Below are positions 28,453 to 38,408 of a stretch of DNA of 64,000 nucleotides, piece by piece. The notes beneath the pieces were generated by a model. The model had not been told where the DNA came from, searched no databases, and saw only the letters and a list, made by a program, of their open reading frames with translations. The position numbers were made by a program, and so were the translations under genes. The stretch's first letter is position 1, and each line of letters begins with the position of its first letter. This DNA comes from Dehalococcoidia bacterium (GTDB taxonomy: Bacteria > Chloroflexota > Dehalococcoidia > Bin125): assembly GCA_963663895.2 (NCBI GenBank), contig CAXXRD010000003.1, positions 64,001 to 128,000 of the forward strand. The letters run 5' to 3'.

Positions 28453-29400
28453 ATGCGGATCGCGATCATCGGGCAGGCAGCGTTCGGCGCGGCGGTCTAT
28501 GAGCGGTTGCGCGGTGACGGGCACGAGATCGTCGGCGTGTTCACGGCGCCGGAGACGGGCCGCCCCGATTCCCTCGGCGAGGCCGCGCGTCGCGACGACG
28601 TCCGCGTCGAGCAGCCCGCGCGCTGGCAACGCAAGGGAATCGTGGATGCCGACGTCTTCGAGACCTACACCTCGACCAAGCCGGATCTCAACGTGATGGC
28701 TTTTGTCACACAGATCATCCCGAGCCAGGTTCTGGACTTCCCGCCGCAAGCGACGATCCAATACCACCCCAGCTTGCTGCCCAAGCATCGGGGACGGAGC
28801 GCGATCAACCACGCGATCGTGCAAGGGGATACCGAAACCGGCTGCACGATCTTCTGGGTGGACGCCGGGATCGATACGGGGCCGCTGCTGCTCCAGAAAC
28901 GCTGTGCGATCAGCGAGGACGACACCGTGAACAGCCTCTATCGCGAGCGGCTGTTTCCCATGGGAGTGGAGGCGCTGACCGAGGCGGTGAGGCGCATAGC
29001 GAAGGGCGAGGCGCCGCGGATCGCGCAAGATGAGAGCCAGGCGACTTACGAAGCACCTTGGGAAGGCGATGTCGCGCGCATCGACTGGACCCAAGCCGCG
29101 CCGCGGGTGCACGACTTCATCCGTGGGAGCGACCGGCAGCCGGGAGCGTGGTCGACTATCGCCGTGCCGGCGGGAGACGCCGTCAAGGTGACGCTCTACG
29201 GATCACGGAAGGCGGAGCCCGATGAGGAAGCGCAAGGAGAGCCGGGAAGCATCCTCGCCGTGGAAGCCGCAGGCCTCACGATTCGCTGCGGCCGGGGAGC
29301 CGTGCGGGTGGACACGGCGATGGTGGAAGGCGGGAAGTGGGTACCGGCGGCCGAGTGGGCCGCGGCAGCGGGTGTGACGCCGGGAACGCTACTGACCTAG
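28453..29400 (+). CDS. Formyltransferase (Fmt/10-formyl-THF hydrolase, ALDH1L N-domain-like)
   Basis: MRIAIIGQAAFG, YHPSLLPKHRGRSAIN, DAGIDTGP. Confidence 0.85.
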   Translation: MRIAIIGQAAFGAAVYERLRGDGHEIVGVFTAPETGRPDSLGEAARRDDVRVEQPARWQRKGIVDADVFETYTSTKPDLNVMAFVTQIIPSQVLDFPPQATIQYHPSLLPKHRGRSAINHAIVQGDTETGCTIFWVDAGIDTGPLLLQKRCAISEDDTVNSLYRERLFPMGVEALTEAVRRIAKGEAPRIAQDESQATYEAPWEGDVARIDWTQAAPRVHDFIRGSDRQPGAWSTIAVPAGDAVKVTLYGSRKAEPDEEAQGEPGSILAVEAAGLTIRCGRGAVRVDTAMVEGGKWVPAAEWAAAAGVTPGTLLT

Positions 29401-29560
29401 CTCCTCGCGAGGCCATCCGGCGTGCACTGCTCCATCGCACGAGTCCAAGCGGATGGATCCGGCAGCATGCCTGATACCCTACCCATGCCGTGATCGCTGT
29501 AGCGTCTGGCCGGCGCCGTGCCGCGCGATGCAGTCAATAGCGGTGTAAGGAGTCGCTGGA

Positions 29561-30469
29561 GTGATCGGGACGAACGGGGTCAAAACGCTCTTCTTGATCG
29601 TGCTGCTCAGCGGCCTGTTACTGATCGCAGGGATGCTGATGGGTGGCTACGTCGGACTGGTGATCGCGGCCGTGATCGCCTTTGCCATGAATTTCTTCGC
29701 CTACTGGAAATCCGACAGCGCCGTGTTGACGATGATGCACGCCCGCGAAGTGAGCGCGGCCGAGGCGCCGCAACTGCACCGAATCGTGGAGCGGGCGGCG
29801 CATGAGGCGAAGCTCCCCAAACCCAAGGTCTACATCGTTCAGAACCCCGCGCCCAACGCATTCGCAACCGGGCGCAGCCCCAATCACGCTGCGGTTGCGG
29901 CCACGACCGGGATCATGGGGCTGCTCACGGAGCGTGAATTAGCCGGCGTGTTCGCGCACGAGTTGGCGCATGTGAAGAACCGCGACACGCTTATCAACAC
30001 GATCGTGGCGATGATCGCGACCGCGATCTTGCTTATCGCAATGGTCGCGCGCTTTAGTTTGCTCTTCGGCTTCATGTTCGCAGGAGGCGGGCGCGACGAC
30101 CGGGGCGGAGGAGAGATGGGACAGCTCGCGGGCATGCTGGCGCTCGCGATTATCGCTCCCATCGTGGCGACGCTGATCAAGCTGGCGATCTCGCGGGCAC
30201 GCGAATTCAGCGCGGATGCGACCGGAGCCCGGAATTCCCAGGACCCGGAAGCGCTCGCGTCGGCCTTGGCTAAACTGCAGCTCGCCAATCAGCGAGTGCA
30301 GCAGATGCGCCCGGCTACGGCGAGCACGACGAACGCGGCGGTCGAGCATCTGTTCATCATCAACCCGTTCGCGGGCGGGATGGGTCGCTGGTTTTCCAGC
30401 CACCCGCCCACCGAGCAGCGGGTAGAGCGACTGCGCGCCATCGGTCGGGAGATGGGGCAACTCTTCTAG
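29561..30469 (+). CDS. htpX: Zinc metalloprotease HtpX
   Basis: PNAFATGR, HELAH, SRAREFSAD, SHPPTEQR. Confidence 0.92.
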   Translation: MIGTNGVKTLFLIVLLSGLLLIAGMLMGGYVGLVIAAVIAFAMNFFAYWKSDSAVLTMMHAREVSAAEAPQLHRIVERAAHEAKLPKPKVYIVQNPAPNAFATGRSPNHAAVAATTGIMGLLTERELAGVFAHELAHVKNRDTLINTIVAMIATAILLIAMVARFSLLFGFMFAGGGRDDRGGGEMGQLAGMLALAIIAPIVATLIKLAISRAREFSADATGARNSQDPEALASALAKLQLANQRVQQMRPATASTTNAAVEHLFIINPFAGGMGRWFSSHPPTEQRVERLRAIGREMGQLF

Positions 30470-30597
30470 CGCCGGCCATAGGGAGACTGCTCGCGAACTC
30501 GCACCACAGGGCCCCGCGATGCCTGGCCGGTGGTGAGGAGCGCTCCTAGAATTCTGGGTGCGCTTCGGACATCCGGACGGAGTGCCGGGAGATCAGC

Positions 30598-32499
30598 ATG
30601 GCAGACTCTACGGGCGGGGAATTCCGCGGTCTATTGGACGCAGGCGAGAGGGTTGCGCCGGTCGCGGCGACCCGACTCAATGCCATTTTGCCCGACTGGC
30701 GTACGGCCTATGAGGCGGCAGACGCCGACAGCGATGCCTACTGGGCGAGAGTCGCGCGCGAGTTGACTTGGATCGCGCCGTGGCGGGAGCTGCGGGTCGA
30801 CGACGGGCACAACCACACGGAGTGGTTCGCGGGATCGCGCTGCAACATCACACAGAACGTGTTGGACCGGCACCTCGAAGGACCCAATCGCACCAAAACG
30901 GCGCTGATCTGGGTGAGCGAGGAGGGCGAGGAGCGGCACTTCACTTTCGAGGAGCTGGCGCGGTTCGTGAATCGATTCGCCAATGTGCTGCGCCAGGCTG
31001 GAGTGAAGAAGGGGGACCGTGTCTGTATCTACATGCCGCTGACGCCCGAAGGCATGGCAGCCATGCTGGCCTGCGCGCGTATCGGCGCCATCCATTCGGT
31101 GGTGTATGCAGGACTCGCGGCAACGGCCCTGCGGTCGCGAATCGAGGACGCAGGTGCGACGGCGCTGATCGTCGCCGACCAAGGCTTTCGGCGAGGGAAG
31201 ACGGTTGACTTGTGGTCGATCGCGAGCGAGGCGCTCTCCGGGGAAACGCCCGTGCGGCGGGTGATCCTGCACCGGCGGAGCTCCGAGACGGCGCTGCCGC
31301 GAGGAGCGATCGATCTCGTCCCGGCACTGGCAGACGCGTCCGCCGAAGCGGAGGCAGAGCCGATGGAAGCCTCGGACCCACTGTTCATCCTCTACACGTC
31401 GGGAACCACGGGGACGCCGAAGGGCGTGGTCTATCCGCATGCGGGCTACATGGTCGGCGTGGCGCGCAACACGAGGATCGCCTACAACCTGAAGCCGGAC
31501 ACCGTCTACTGGTGCACGAGTGATATCGGTTGGATCGTAGGGCACTCGTGCATCGTCTACGGACCCTGGATCAACGGCGTGACGCAGGTGGTGCGCGAGG
31601 GAGCGCCGGACTACCCGGATCCCGGCGTCGTCTGGTCGATCATCGAGCGGTACGCCGTGACGACGCTGTTCACGGCACCTACCGCGCTGCGAATGTTCAT
31701 GCGGTTCGGCGGGGAGTATCCGGTGAAGCACAACCTCGACAGCCTCACGATCCTGATCTGTGCGGGCGAGCCGCTCAACCCGGAGGCGCAGATCTGGGCC
31801 TACCGGCATGTCATGCAGGATCGCGGGCCGGTCTGCGATAACTGGTGGCAGACGGAGACCGGGGGACCGACGCTGGGGACCCTGCCCGCGGACGTCGCCA
31901 AGATCGGGCGCGTCGGGCGGCCGCTGCCCGGCGTGCGCGCGGAGGTCGTGGACCGGGAAGGGAAGCCCGTCCCGGACGGGCACGGCGGCTTCCTGGTTCT
32001 CCAGAACAACTGGCCCCACATGCTGCAGACGATCTGGAACAACGACGCGCGCTACCAGGAGTACTACAGCCTGATCCCGGGCGTGTACACGGCGGGCGAT
32101 GTCGCGACGCGGGATGGCGACGGTTACTTCGCGGTGCTGGGACGCGCCGACGACGTCTTGAACGTGGCGGGGCACCGGATCGGCACAGCCGACGTTGAAA
32201 GCGCACTGGTGTCACACCCCGCGGTGGGAGAAGCGGGCGTGATCGGAATCCCCGACGCGATCAAGGGCGAGGAGATCAAGGCCTTCGTGGTGCTGCGAGC
32301 GGGATCCCAGCCGAGCGATACCCTCCACAAGCAGCTATTCGAGCAGGTGCGCAACACGCTGGGGCCGATCGCGACCCCCAAGGCGATCGACTTCGTACCC
32401 GCGCTGCCGAAGACGCGGAGCGGCAAGATCATGCGCCGGGTGCTGAAGGCGCGGGAGCTGGGCATCGACCCCGGGGACCTGACCACCCTCGAGGACTAG
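30598..32499 (+). CDS. acs: Acetate--CoA ligase
   Basis: YTSGTTGTPKG, WWQTETGG, PKTRSGKIMRR. Confidence 0.92.
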   Translation: MADSTGGEFRGLLDAGERVAPVAATRLNAILPDWRTAYEAADADSDAYWARVARELTWIAPWRELRVDDGHNHTEWFAGSRCNITQNVLDRHLEGPNRTKTALIWVSEEGEERHFTFEELARFVNRFANVLRQAGVKKGDRVCIYMPLTPEGMAAMLACARIGAIHSVVYAGLAATALRSRIEDAGATALIVADQGFRRGKTVDLWSIASEALSGETPVRRVILHRRSSETALPRGAIDLVPALADASAEAEAEPMEASDPLFILYTSGTTGTPKGVVYPHAGYMVGVARNTRIAYNLKPDTVYWCTSDIGWIVGHSCIVYGPWINGVTQVVREGAPDYPDPGVVWSIIERYAVTTLFTAPTALRMFMRFGGEYPVKHNLDSLTILICAGEPLNPEAQIWAYRHVMQDRGPVCDNWWQTETGGPTLGTLPADVAKIGRVGRPLPGVRAEVVDREGKPVPDGHGGFLVLQNNWPHMLQTIWNNDARYQEYYSLIPGVYTAGDVATRDGDGYFAVLGRADDVLNVAGHRIGTADVESALVSHPAVGEAGVIGIPDAIKGEEIKAFVVLRAGSQPSDTLHKQLFEQVRNTLGPIATPKAIDFVPALPKTRSGKIMRRVLKARELGIDPGDLTTLED

Positions 32500-32577
32500 T
32501 CAGTCTGGATCGGGGCGCCGCGCTAGTATGGGCGCCGTTGCTCCGAGCGCAGCGAACGCAGTGAAGGGAAGCGGCAC

Positions 32578-33552
32578 ATGGCGCCGACGGGCCGGCCGAT
32601 TGAGTTTGGGATCCAAACCAACCTGCACCAGACGACGTTCGACGAGGTGCTCTCGACCTGGCAGGTCGTGGAGCGGGAGGGGTTGGACCACGCCTGGACG
32701 TACGACCACCTGATGCCACTGTTCTCGAACCCGGAGGGCCCGAACCTGGAGGGCTGGACCACGCTGGCCGCGCTGATGGTGCAAGTGCCGCGCATCCGTG
32801 CGGGGGTGCTGGTGCCCTGCAACCCGTTCCGGCCACCGATCGTGACGGCCAAGATGGCGGTCACGATCGACCAGTTGAGCGAGGGGCGCCTCGAGATGGC
32901 GCTGGGGGCGGGCTGGTGGGAGCCGGAGTTTCGGCACTACGGGATCGAATGGGCACCGCTGCCGGAGCGGCTGGCGCAGATGGACGAAGCGATCCAGGTC
33001 ATGCAGTCGCTATGGACGCAGGACCGGACGACCTTTGAGGGGACCTACTACACGATCCGGGACGCACCGTTCCAACCGAAACCGGTGCAACAGCCGCACC
33101 TGCCTCTCTGGATCGGCGGCCGGGGGAAGAAGTACACGCTGCGCATGGCGGCGAAATACGCGGACGGCTGGAACGTTTGGACGCTGCCGCGCGAGGACTA
33201 CCTGGAGCGGCTCGCCCTCCTCGACCAGTACTGCGAGCAAGCGGGGCGGGACCCGAAGAGCGTGCGGCGCTCTCTGGCGGCACGGATGCGCATCGACAGG
33301 AGCAGCGAGGCGGCACGGGCGGCGATGCTGGCAGAAGGCACGGCTGGCGGGGAAGAGCTGCCGGAGGGCTTCGAGGAGTTGATCAACCAGGCGCTCGCAG
33401 GGTCACCGGAGGAGATCGCGGAGCAGATCGGAGAGTTTGCGGAGCTGGGCGTCGATCATATCGTCCTGCTGATGGACCCTCCCTACGATCAAGAAGGCCT
33501 GACCCGTTTCGCACGCGAGGTGGTGCCTCTGGTGCGCGCGGCGGGGTTGTGA
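32578..33552 (+). CDS. LLM-class (probable F420-dependent) oxidoreductase
   Basis: WTYDH, EGWTTLAAL, DQLSEGRL..GAGW, PKPVQQPH. Confidence 0.9.
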   Translation: MAPTGRPIEFGIQTNLHQTTFDEVLSTWQVVEREGLDHAWTYDHLMPLFSNPEGPNLEGWTTLAALMVQVPRIRAGVLVPCNPFRPPIVTAKMAVTIDQLSEGRLEMALGAGWWEPEFRHYGIEWAPLPERLAQMDEAIQVMQSLWTQDRTTFEGTYYTIRDAPFQPKPVQQPHLPLWIGGRGKKYTLRMAAKYADGWNVWTLPREDYLERLALLDQYCEQAGRDPKSVRRSLAARMRIDRSSEAARAAMLAEGTAGGEELPEGFEELINQALAGSPEEIAEQIGEFAELGVDHIVLLMDPPYDQEGLTRFAREVVPLVRAAGL

Positions 33553-33554
33553 TC

Positions 33555-34811
33555 ATGATGGCCGAAGCCAAGCCGGTCGACGGCACGACCCCGCAATACC
33601 TGCGCGACAAGTACGCGATCATCGGCGTGGGGGAGACCCCGTTCATGCGCGGCTCGGGCAAGACCACACGAGCGCTGGGAACCTGGGCGATCCGGAACGC
33701 GATCGCGGACGCCGGAGTTGATCCGGGCGAGATCGACGGAATGCTGTCGTATTCCATCGGAGACTCGACGGCGACTCCCTTCGTCGCCGGCGACCTCGGT
33801 ATCCGGTTGAATTTCTACATGGACTGTTTCGGCGGCGGGAGCAGCACGGAGGCCTTGCTCGGGCTGGCGATCGGCGCCATGGAAGCGGGCATGTGCAAGA
33901 TGGTGTGCATCTACCGGGCGATGAACGGCTACTCCGGAAGGCGGATCGGAGCAACCGGCCGGACGCCGGCGACCATCTCCGGCGACGGCTTGCACATGGC
34001 TCCCTATGGCTTCTTCAGCGCCGGACAGCGTTTCGCTTTCACCTTCATGCGCCACATGTACGACTACGGCACCACGCCGGAGCAGGTCGCCATGGTGAAA
34101 GTCATCCATAGCGAGCACGCCTCGAACAACCCCAAGGCGCTCTATCCCCGCCGCGTGACGGTCGACGACGTGCTCTCGAGCCGCATGATCGTAAAGCCGC
34201 TGCACCTGCTGGACTGCTGTCTGGAGACGGATAACGGCACGGCGATCATCGTGACCAACGCACGGCGCGCCTACGACTACCGGCACACGCCAGCGCGCGT
34301 GCTGGGGGTGGTGGGACGTTGCAACTGGCCGCGGATGGACATGCACTACCAGCACGGCCCGATCTCATCGTGGGCCGCTCGCTACGCCAGCAAGATCCTG
34401 TGGCCGAACGCGGGGCTGGGGCCGGAGGAGATCGACGTGACGGGCGCCTACGACGCCTTCACCTTCACGACGCTGCTGGGACTGGAAGACTTCGGCTTCT
34501 GTGAGAAGGGCGCCGGCGGGGAGTACGTCAGCAGCGGCGTCATGCGCCTGGGCGGCGCGCGCCCCAACAACACGAGCGGCGGGCATCTCTGCGAGGGCTA
34601 CACCCACGGGATGAACTTGGTGATCGAGAACGTGCGCCAATTGCGCGGCGAGATCGACGATTCCTGTCCTGTCGGCGCGAACGGCAATCCCGAGCACAGC
34701 TACGACTATCGCACAGGCGGCTGCCGCCAGGTGAAGGATGTGGCGGTGACGGCCAACATCGGCTGGGCGGGGCCGATCACATGCTCCGCGGCAGTCCTAC
34801 GGAAAGGATAG
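33555..34811 (+). CDS. SCP2-type thiolase/lipid-transfer protein
   Basis: AIIGVGET, LLDCCLETD, YDAFT, NTSGGHL. Confidence 0.88.
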   Translation: MMAEAKPVDGTTPQYLRDKYAIIGVGETPFMRGSGKTTRALGTWAIRNAIADAGVDPGEIDGMLSYSIGDSTATPFVAGDLGIRLNFYMDCFGGGSSTEALLGLAIGAMEAGMCKMVCIYRAMNGYSGRRIGATGRTPATISGDGLHMAPYGFFSAGQRFAFTFMRHMYDYGTTPEQVAMVKVIHSEHASNNPKALYPRRVTVDDVLSSRMIVKPLHLLDCCLETDNGTAIIVTNARRAYDYRHTPARVLGVVGRCNWPRMDMHYQHGPISSWAARYASKILWPNAGLGPEEIDVTGAYDAFTFTTLLGLEDFGFCEKGAGGEYVSSGVMRLGGARPNNTSGGHLCEGYTHGMNLVIENVRQLRGEIDDSCPVGANGNPEHSYDYRTGGCRQVKDVAVTANIGWAGPITCSAAVLRKG

Positions 34812-34813
34812 CC

Positions 34814-35332
34814 GTGACCGTCACCGGGACGTATTTGGGAATGAGCCTGGCGATTCCCGAGAACGATGAGCAGAACCGGGCGTACTTCCACTACTGCGCG
34901 GCGCATGATTTCCGGCTGCAGCGATGTGGCGGCTGTCATCTGCTGCGCTATCCACCCACGACGGGATGCCCTTGGTGCATGGGCACGGAGTCGGAATGGC
35001 ACCCCGTGGAAGGGAAAGGAGCGGTGCACTCGTACGGCGAGGTGCATCATGCGATCCAGCCGGCCTGGAAGGCCCACACGCCCTACCTGTTCCTCTTGGT
35101 CGACTTGGATACCCAGAAGGGCGCCCCCACGGAGCACGACGCGCTGCGCGTGCTGGCGAACCTCGTGACCGCCGATGGACAGCCGGCGCCGCCCGATCTC
35201 GTGAGGCAGGTGGGGATTGGAACGCGGGTGCGCATGGTGTTCGTAGACGCAGGCGAAGGGATCGCCATCCCTCAATGGACGATCGACCAGGATGCGGAAC
35301 AGCCCCCGCCCTGGCGCTACCCGCAGGAGTGA
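34814..35332 (+). CDS. DUF35/ChsH2 Zn-ribbon OB-fold protein (thiolase partner)
   Basis: QRCGGC...YPP...CPWC, then OB fold; directly follows the thiolase. Confidence 0.88.
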   Translation: MTVTGTYLGMSLAIPENDEQNRAYFHYCAAHDFRLQRCGGCHLLRYPPTTGCPWCMGTESEWHPVEGKGAVHSYGEVHHAIQPAWKAHTPYLFLLVDLDTQKGAPTEHDALRVLANLVTADGQPAPPDLVRQVGIGTRVRMVFVDAGEGIAIPQWTIDQDAEQPPPWRYPQE

Positions 35333-35736
35333 CGACGCGGCACCGTGGAGCCGGGCTAGGGCTCGGACTTGTCCTGTTGGTCGCGATGGCAGGCTGCTTC
35401 GGCGGCGAGCGGGGCGACATCACGCTGGGGTACGCGGTCGAGACCCGGCTCGCGCAGCAGCCCGTCACCGAACGAGTGGAGGGCTCAGTCACAGCGGGAC
35501 GTGAGTTTTTCGTGCGCTTGCAGGTCCCGGAGCCACGCGCCGAAGCGTTTGTGACGTTGCGGGCCGCGCGGCGGGTGGGAGGCTCATTCCAGCCGTTGAT
35601 CGAGTTCGACCAGCCCGTTTCGCCTCCCTGGCGAGTGGTAGTGATTCCGCTGACCTTGGAGCGGCGAGGGGAATGGTTGGTCTCAGTCTTCGCCAACTCA
35701 CGCAAGCTCACGGATGCCGAGGTGGACGTGGAGTGA
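35329..35736 (+). CDS. Hypothetical lipoprotein
   Basis: GTGA overlap with upstream stop; hydrophobic signal ending MAGC. Confidence 0.6.
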   Translation: MTTRHRGAGLGLGLVLLVAMAGCFGGERGDITLGYAVETRLAQQPVTERVEGSVTAGREFFVRLQVPEPRAEAFVTLRAARRVGGSFQPLIEFDQPVSPPWRVVVIPLTLERRGEWLVSVFANSRKLTDAEVDVE

Positions 35737-35767
35737 GTGGTATCGTCGGCGCCGTAGGGAGACGCGT

Positions 35768-37393
35768 ATGCGAGCAATTACCGAGATCGGCGCAGAGCTG
35801 GGGCTGGCGCCCGATGATCTGGAGCAGTATGGGCCGTATAAGGCAAAGCTGAGCGCCGCCACTCTGGAGCGCTTGCGCTCCAAAGAACAGGGCCAGCTGG
35901 TCCTTGTCACTGGGATGACGCCCACAACCGCGGGCGAAGGCAAGACGACGACATCGATCGGGTTGACGCAGGGCTTACGGCGGCGCGGGGTTGGGGCGAC
36001 GGTGTGCCTGCGGGAGCCGTCGATCGGACCGGTGATGGGGATCAAGGGCGGGGGGACCGGCGGAGGTGGCGCGCAACTGCTGCCCGCAGATGAGATCAAC
36101 CTGCACTTCACGGGCGATCTGCACGCCGTGACGGCAGCCAACAATCTGCTGGCTGCGGCTGTAGACGCCTCGATCTTCCACGGCAACCCGCTGGGTCTCG
36201 ATGTACGCCGGGTGACGTGGCGGCGTTGCCTGGATATCAACGATCGCGCGCTGCGGCACGTCGTAGTGGGGCTCGGAAATGCGCCGGACGGCGTGCCGCG
36301 GCAAGAGGGATTCGCCATCACTCCCGCCTCGGAAGTGATGGCCATCCTATCGATTGCATCGGATTTCGAGGACCTGCATCGGCGGCTCGGCGCGGTGATC
36401 GTGGGTTACACCCGCGATTTCACGCCGGTGCGGTGCACGGAGATCGGGGTGGACGCCGCCATGGCGGTGCTGCTGCGTCAGGCGGTGCGGCCCAATCTGG
36501 TGCAAACCAGCGAAGGAGCACCTGCACTCGTGCACGGCGGGCCATTCGCGAACATCGCGCTGGGCTGTAACAGCATCGTGGCGACTCGGGCTGCGCTCGC
36601 GCTCTCCGAAGTCGTCGTGACGGAAGCAGGGTTCGGGAGCGATCTCGGGGCCGAGAAGTTCCTCAATGTCGTATCGCGCTTCGGCGAATTGCAGCCACAG
36701 GTCGCGGTGATCGTCGCAACCGCGCGGGCAATCAAGCGCCACGGCGGCCGGGATGCAGCGGCGTTGGAGGTCGAAGACTTGGAGGCGCTGGCGGTCGGAT
36801 TGGCGAACCTCGACGCACATATCGACAACATGGAGCAGCATGGGTTGACGCCGGTCGTCGCTGTGAATCGCTTCCCGAGCGACACCGACGCGGAGATCAT
36901 CACGGTAGTCGAGCACTGCGCCAAGCGGGGCGTGCGGGCCACGCCTCTGTCGCCGTACGACGGCGGCGAAGCGTGCCTGGATCTGGCGGACGCGGTGCAG
37001 GATGCTTTGGCAGCGGGTCGAGGGAGGCTGCAACCACTCTACGTAATGGAGCGCCCGATCAGGGAAAAGATCGATGCGGTAGCGCGAGCAGTGTATGGAG
37101 CGGATGGCGCGGTCTATCAGGGAACGGCGGAGCGGACGATCGAACGGGCAGAGCGCATGGGCATGGCGGCACTACCGATCTGCGTCGCCAAGACCCAGTA
37201 CTCGCTTTCGGACGATCCCGCCTTGATCGGCAGGCCAAAGGGACACGCCCTCCACGTGCGGGAGGTGCGGCCGGCGGCAGGAGCCGAGTTCCTCGTGATC
37301 ATTGCCGGAGACATCATGACGATGCCGGGACTGCCGAAGGTCCCTGCAGCGACGAAGTTCTCGACGGCAGAGGGGGCCGGACTTCCGGTATAG
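35768..37393 (+). CDS. fhs: Formate--tetrahydrofolate ligase
   Basis: TPTTAGEGKTTT, GIKGGGTGGG, HGGPFANIA, KTQYSLSD, MTMPGLP. Confidence 0.95.
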   Translation: MRAITEIGAELGLAPDDLEQYGPYKAKLSAATLERLRSKEQGQLVLVTGMTPTTAGEGKTTTSIGLTQGLRRRGVGATVCLREPSIGPVMGIKGGGTGGGGAQLLPADEINLHFTGDLHAVTAANNLLAAAVDASIFHGNPLGLDVRRVTWRRCLDINDRALRHVVVGLGNAPDGVPRQEGFAITPASEVMAILSIASDFEDLHRRLGAVIVGYTRDFTPVRCTEIGVDAAMAVLLRQAVRPNLVQTSEGAPALVHGGPFANIALGCNSIVATRAALALSEVVVTEAGFGSDLGAEKFLNVVSRFGELQPQVAVIVATARAIKRHGGRDAAALEVEDLEALAVGLANLDAHIDNMEQHGLTPVVAVNRFPSDTDAEIITVVEHCAKRGVRATPLSPYDGGEACLDLADAVQDALAAGRGRLQPLYVMERPIREKIDAVARAVYGADGAVYQGTAERTIERAERMGMAALPICVAKTQYSLSDDPALIGRPKGHALHVREVRPAAGAEFLVIIAGDIMTMPGLPKVPAATKFSTAEGAGLPV

Positions 37394-37410
37394 GTCCCGA
37401 AAGCAACCCT

Positions 37411-38259
37411 CTAGCTCGTTGTCCCTGCCTCCGTTTCGATCGGGCGGTCGAGGGCGTTGCCGTACTCATGCCAGGAGCCGTCGTAAACCTGGATCTCGTT
37501 GTAGCCGAGGAGCCGAAGGACGAACAGTCCGTGCGCCGCACGGATGCCGCCCTGTCAGTAGGTCGTGACGCGTTTCTCCGGCGTCACGCCTAAGCCATCG
37601 AGCTCGGTACGGATCTCCGCCGGCGGGCGAAGCGTGCGCACAGGCTCGTTGAGGAGCTTCAACCACTCAAGGTGCACCGCGCCGGGGATGCGACCGCCGC
37701 GCTTCGTTCCGCGCTTGTTGGCGCCGGTCCATTCACCGTCGGAGCGAACGTCCCAGAGGATCACGTTGGGGTCCTCGGCCGCGCCGGCGACATCGGCGAT
37801 GCCGCAGGTCCAGTGGTTGCTCTGCGCGCCCGGCCTGTAACTCTTGCGCTTGGGACGGTAGTTCTCACGCGAGAGCGGTCGACCGTCCGCCACCCACTGA
37901 TCCAGGCCGCCGTCGAGCAGCATGGCGTTGGTATGACCGTAGCGATCAAGGGTCCACCAGAAGCGGGCAGCGAAGACGCCTCCGGAACCGTCGTAGGCAA
38001 CGATGGTGTCGTCATTGCCGATGCCCATCTTGCCGAGGTGCTCAGCAAACTTATCGCCGTCGATGCCGAAGAGATCGGTATCGTTGCCGTCGCCTTTCCA
38101 GTAGCGGGAGCGAGCGGCAACGGCACCGGGAATGTGGAGACGCTGGTAGGCCGGCAGCAGGTCGCAATCAACGACAACGACGTTGTCGTCAGCAACATGT
38201 TCAGCGACCCAATCGCTCGTGGTCAGAAGCTCGGGGTGGGCCCAGCCCTGGTCAGTCAT
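37411..38259 (-). CDS. Tandem-domain rhodanese/sulfurtransferase selenoprotein (Sec235)
   Basis: TGA 37555-37557 sits at the catalytic Cys position: TTY-U-QGGIRAAH. Frame continues LRLLGY...YDGSWHEY to TAG at 37411; 282 aa. Confidence 0.88.
37528..37544 (-). promoter_or_regulatory. SECIS-like hairpin
   Basis: UCCGUGC-GGC-GCACGGA, 10 nt after UGA; CAG/CUG lower stem. Confidence 0.7.
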
Positions 38260-38408
38260 GGCGGCAACTCCCTACGCAAGGCTCAGTGACTCCTGGCACA
38301 CCGTAACTATAGAGGCAGGCAGGCAGGCAGGCGGGCGGGCGCTGCGCAAGGTGTGTTGCTGCCTCGGACACGATCCCGTCTAGCTGCTACAGAGTCAGGA
38401 GAGCGGGT

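Noticed and set aside
30631-32175. Long antisense ORFs (514 aa opposite acs; also 18737-19927, 20409-21416, 27856-29112, 33489-34355)
   Set aside because: Typical high-GC shadow frames opposite well-supported genes, with no motifs.
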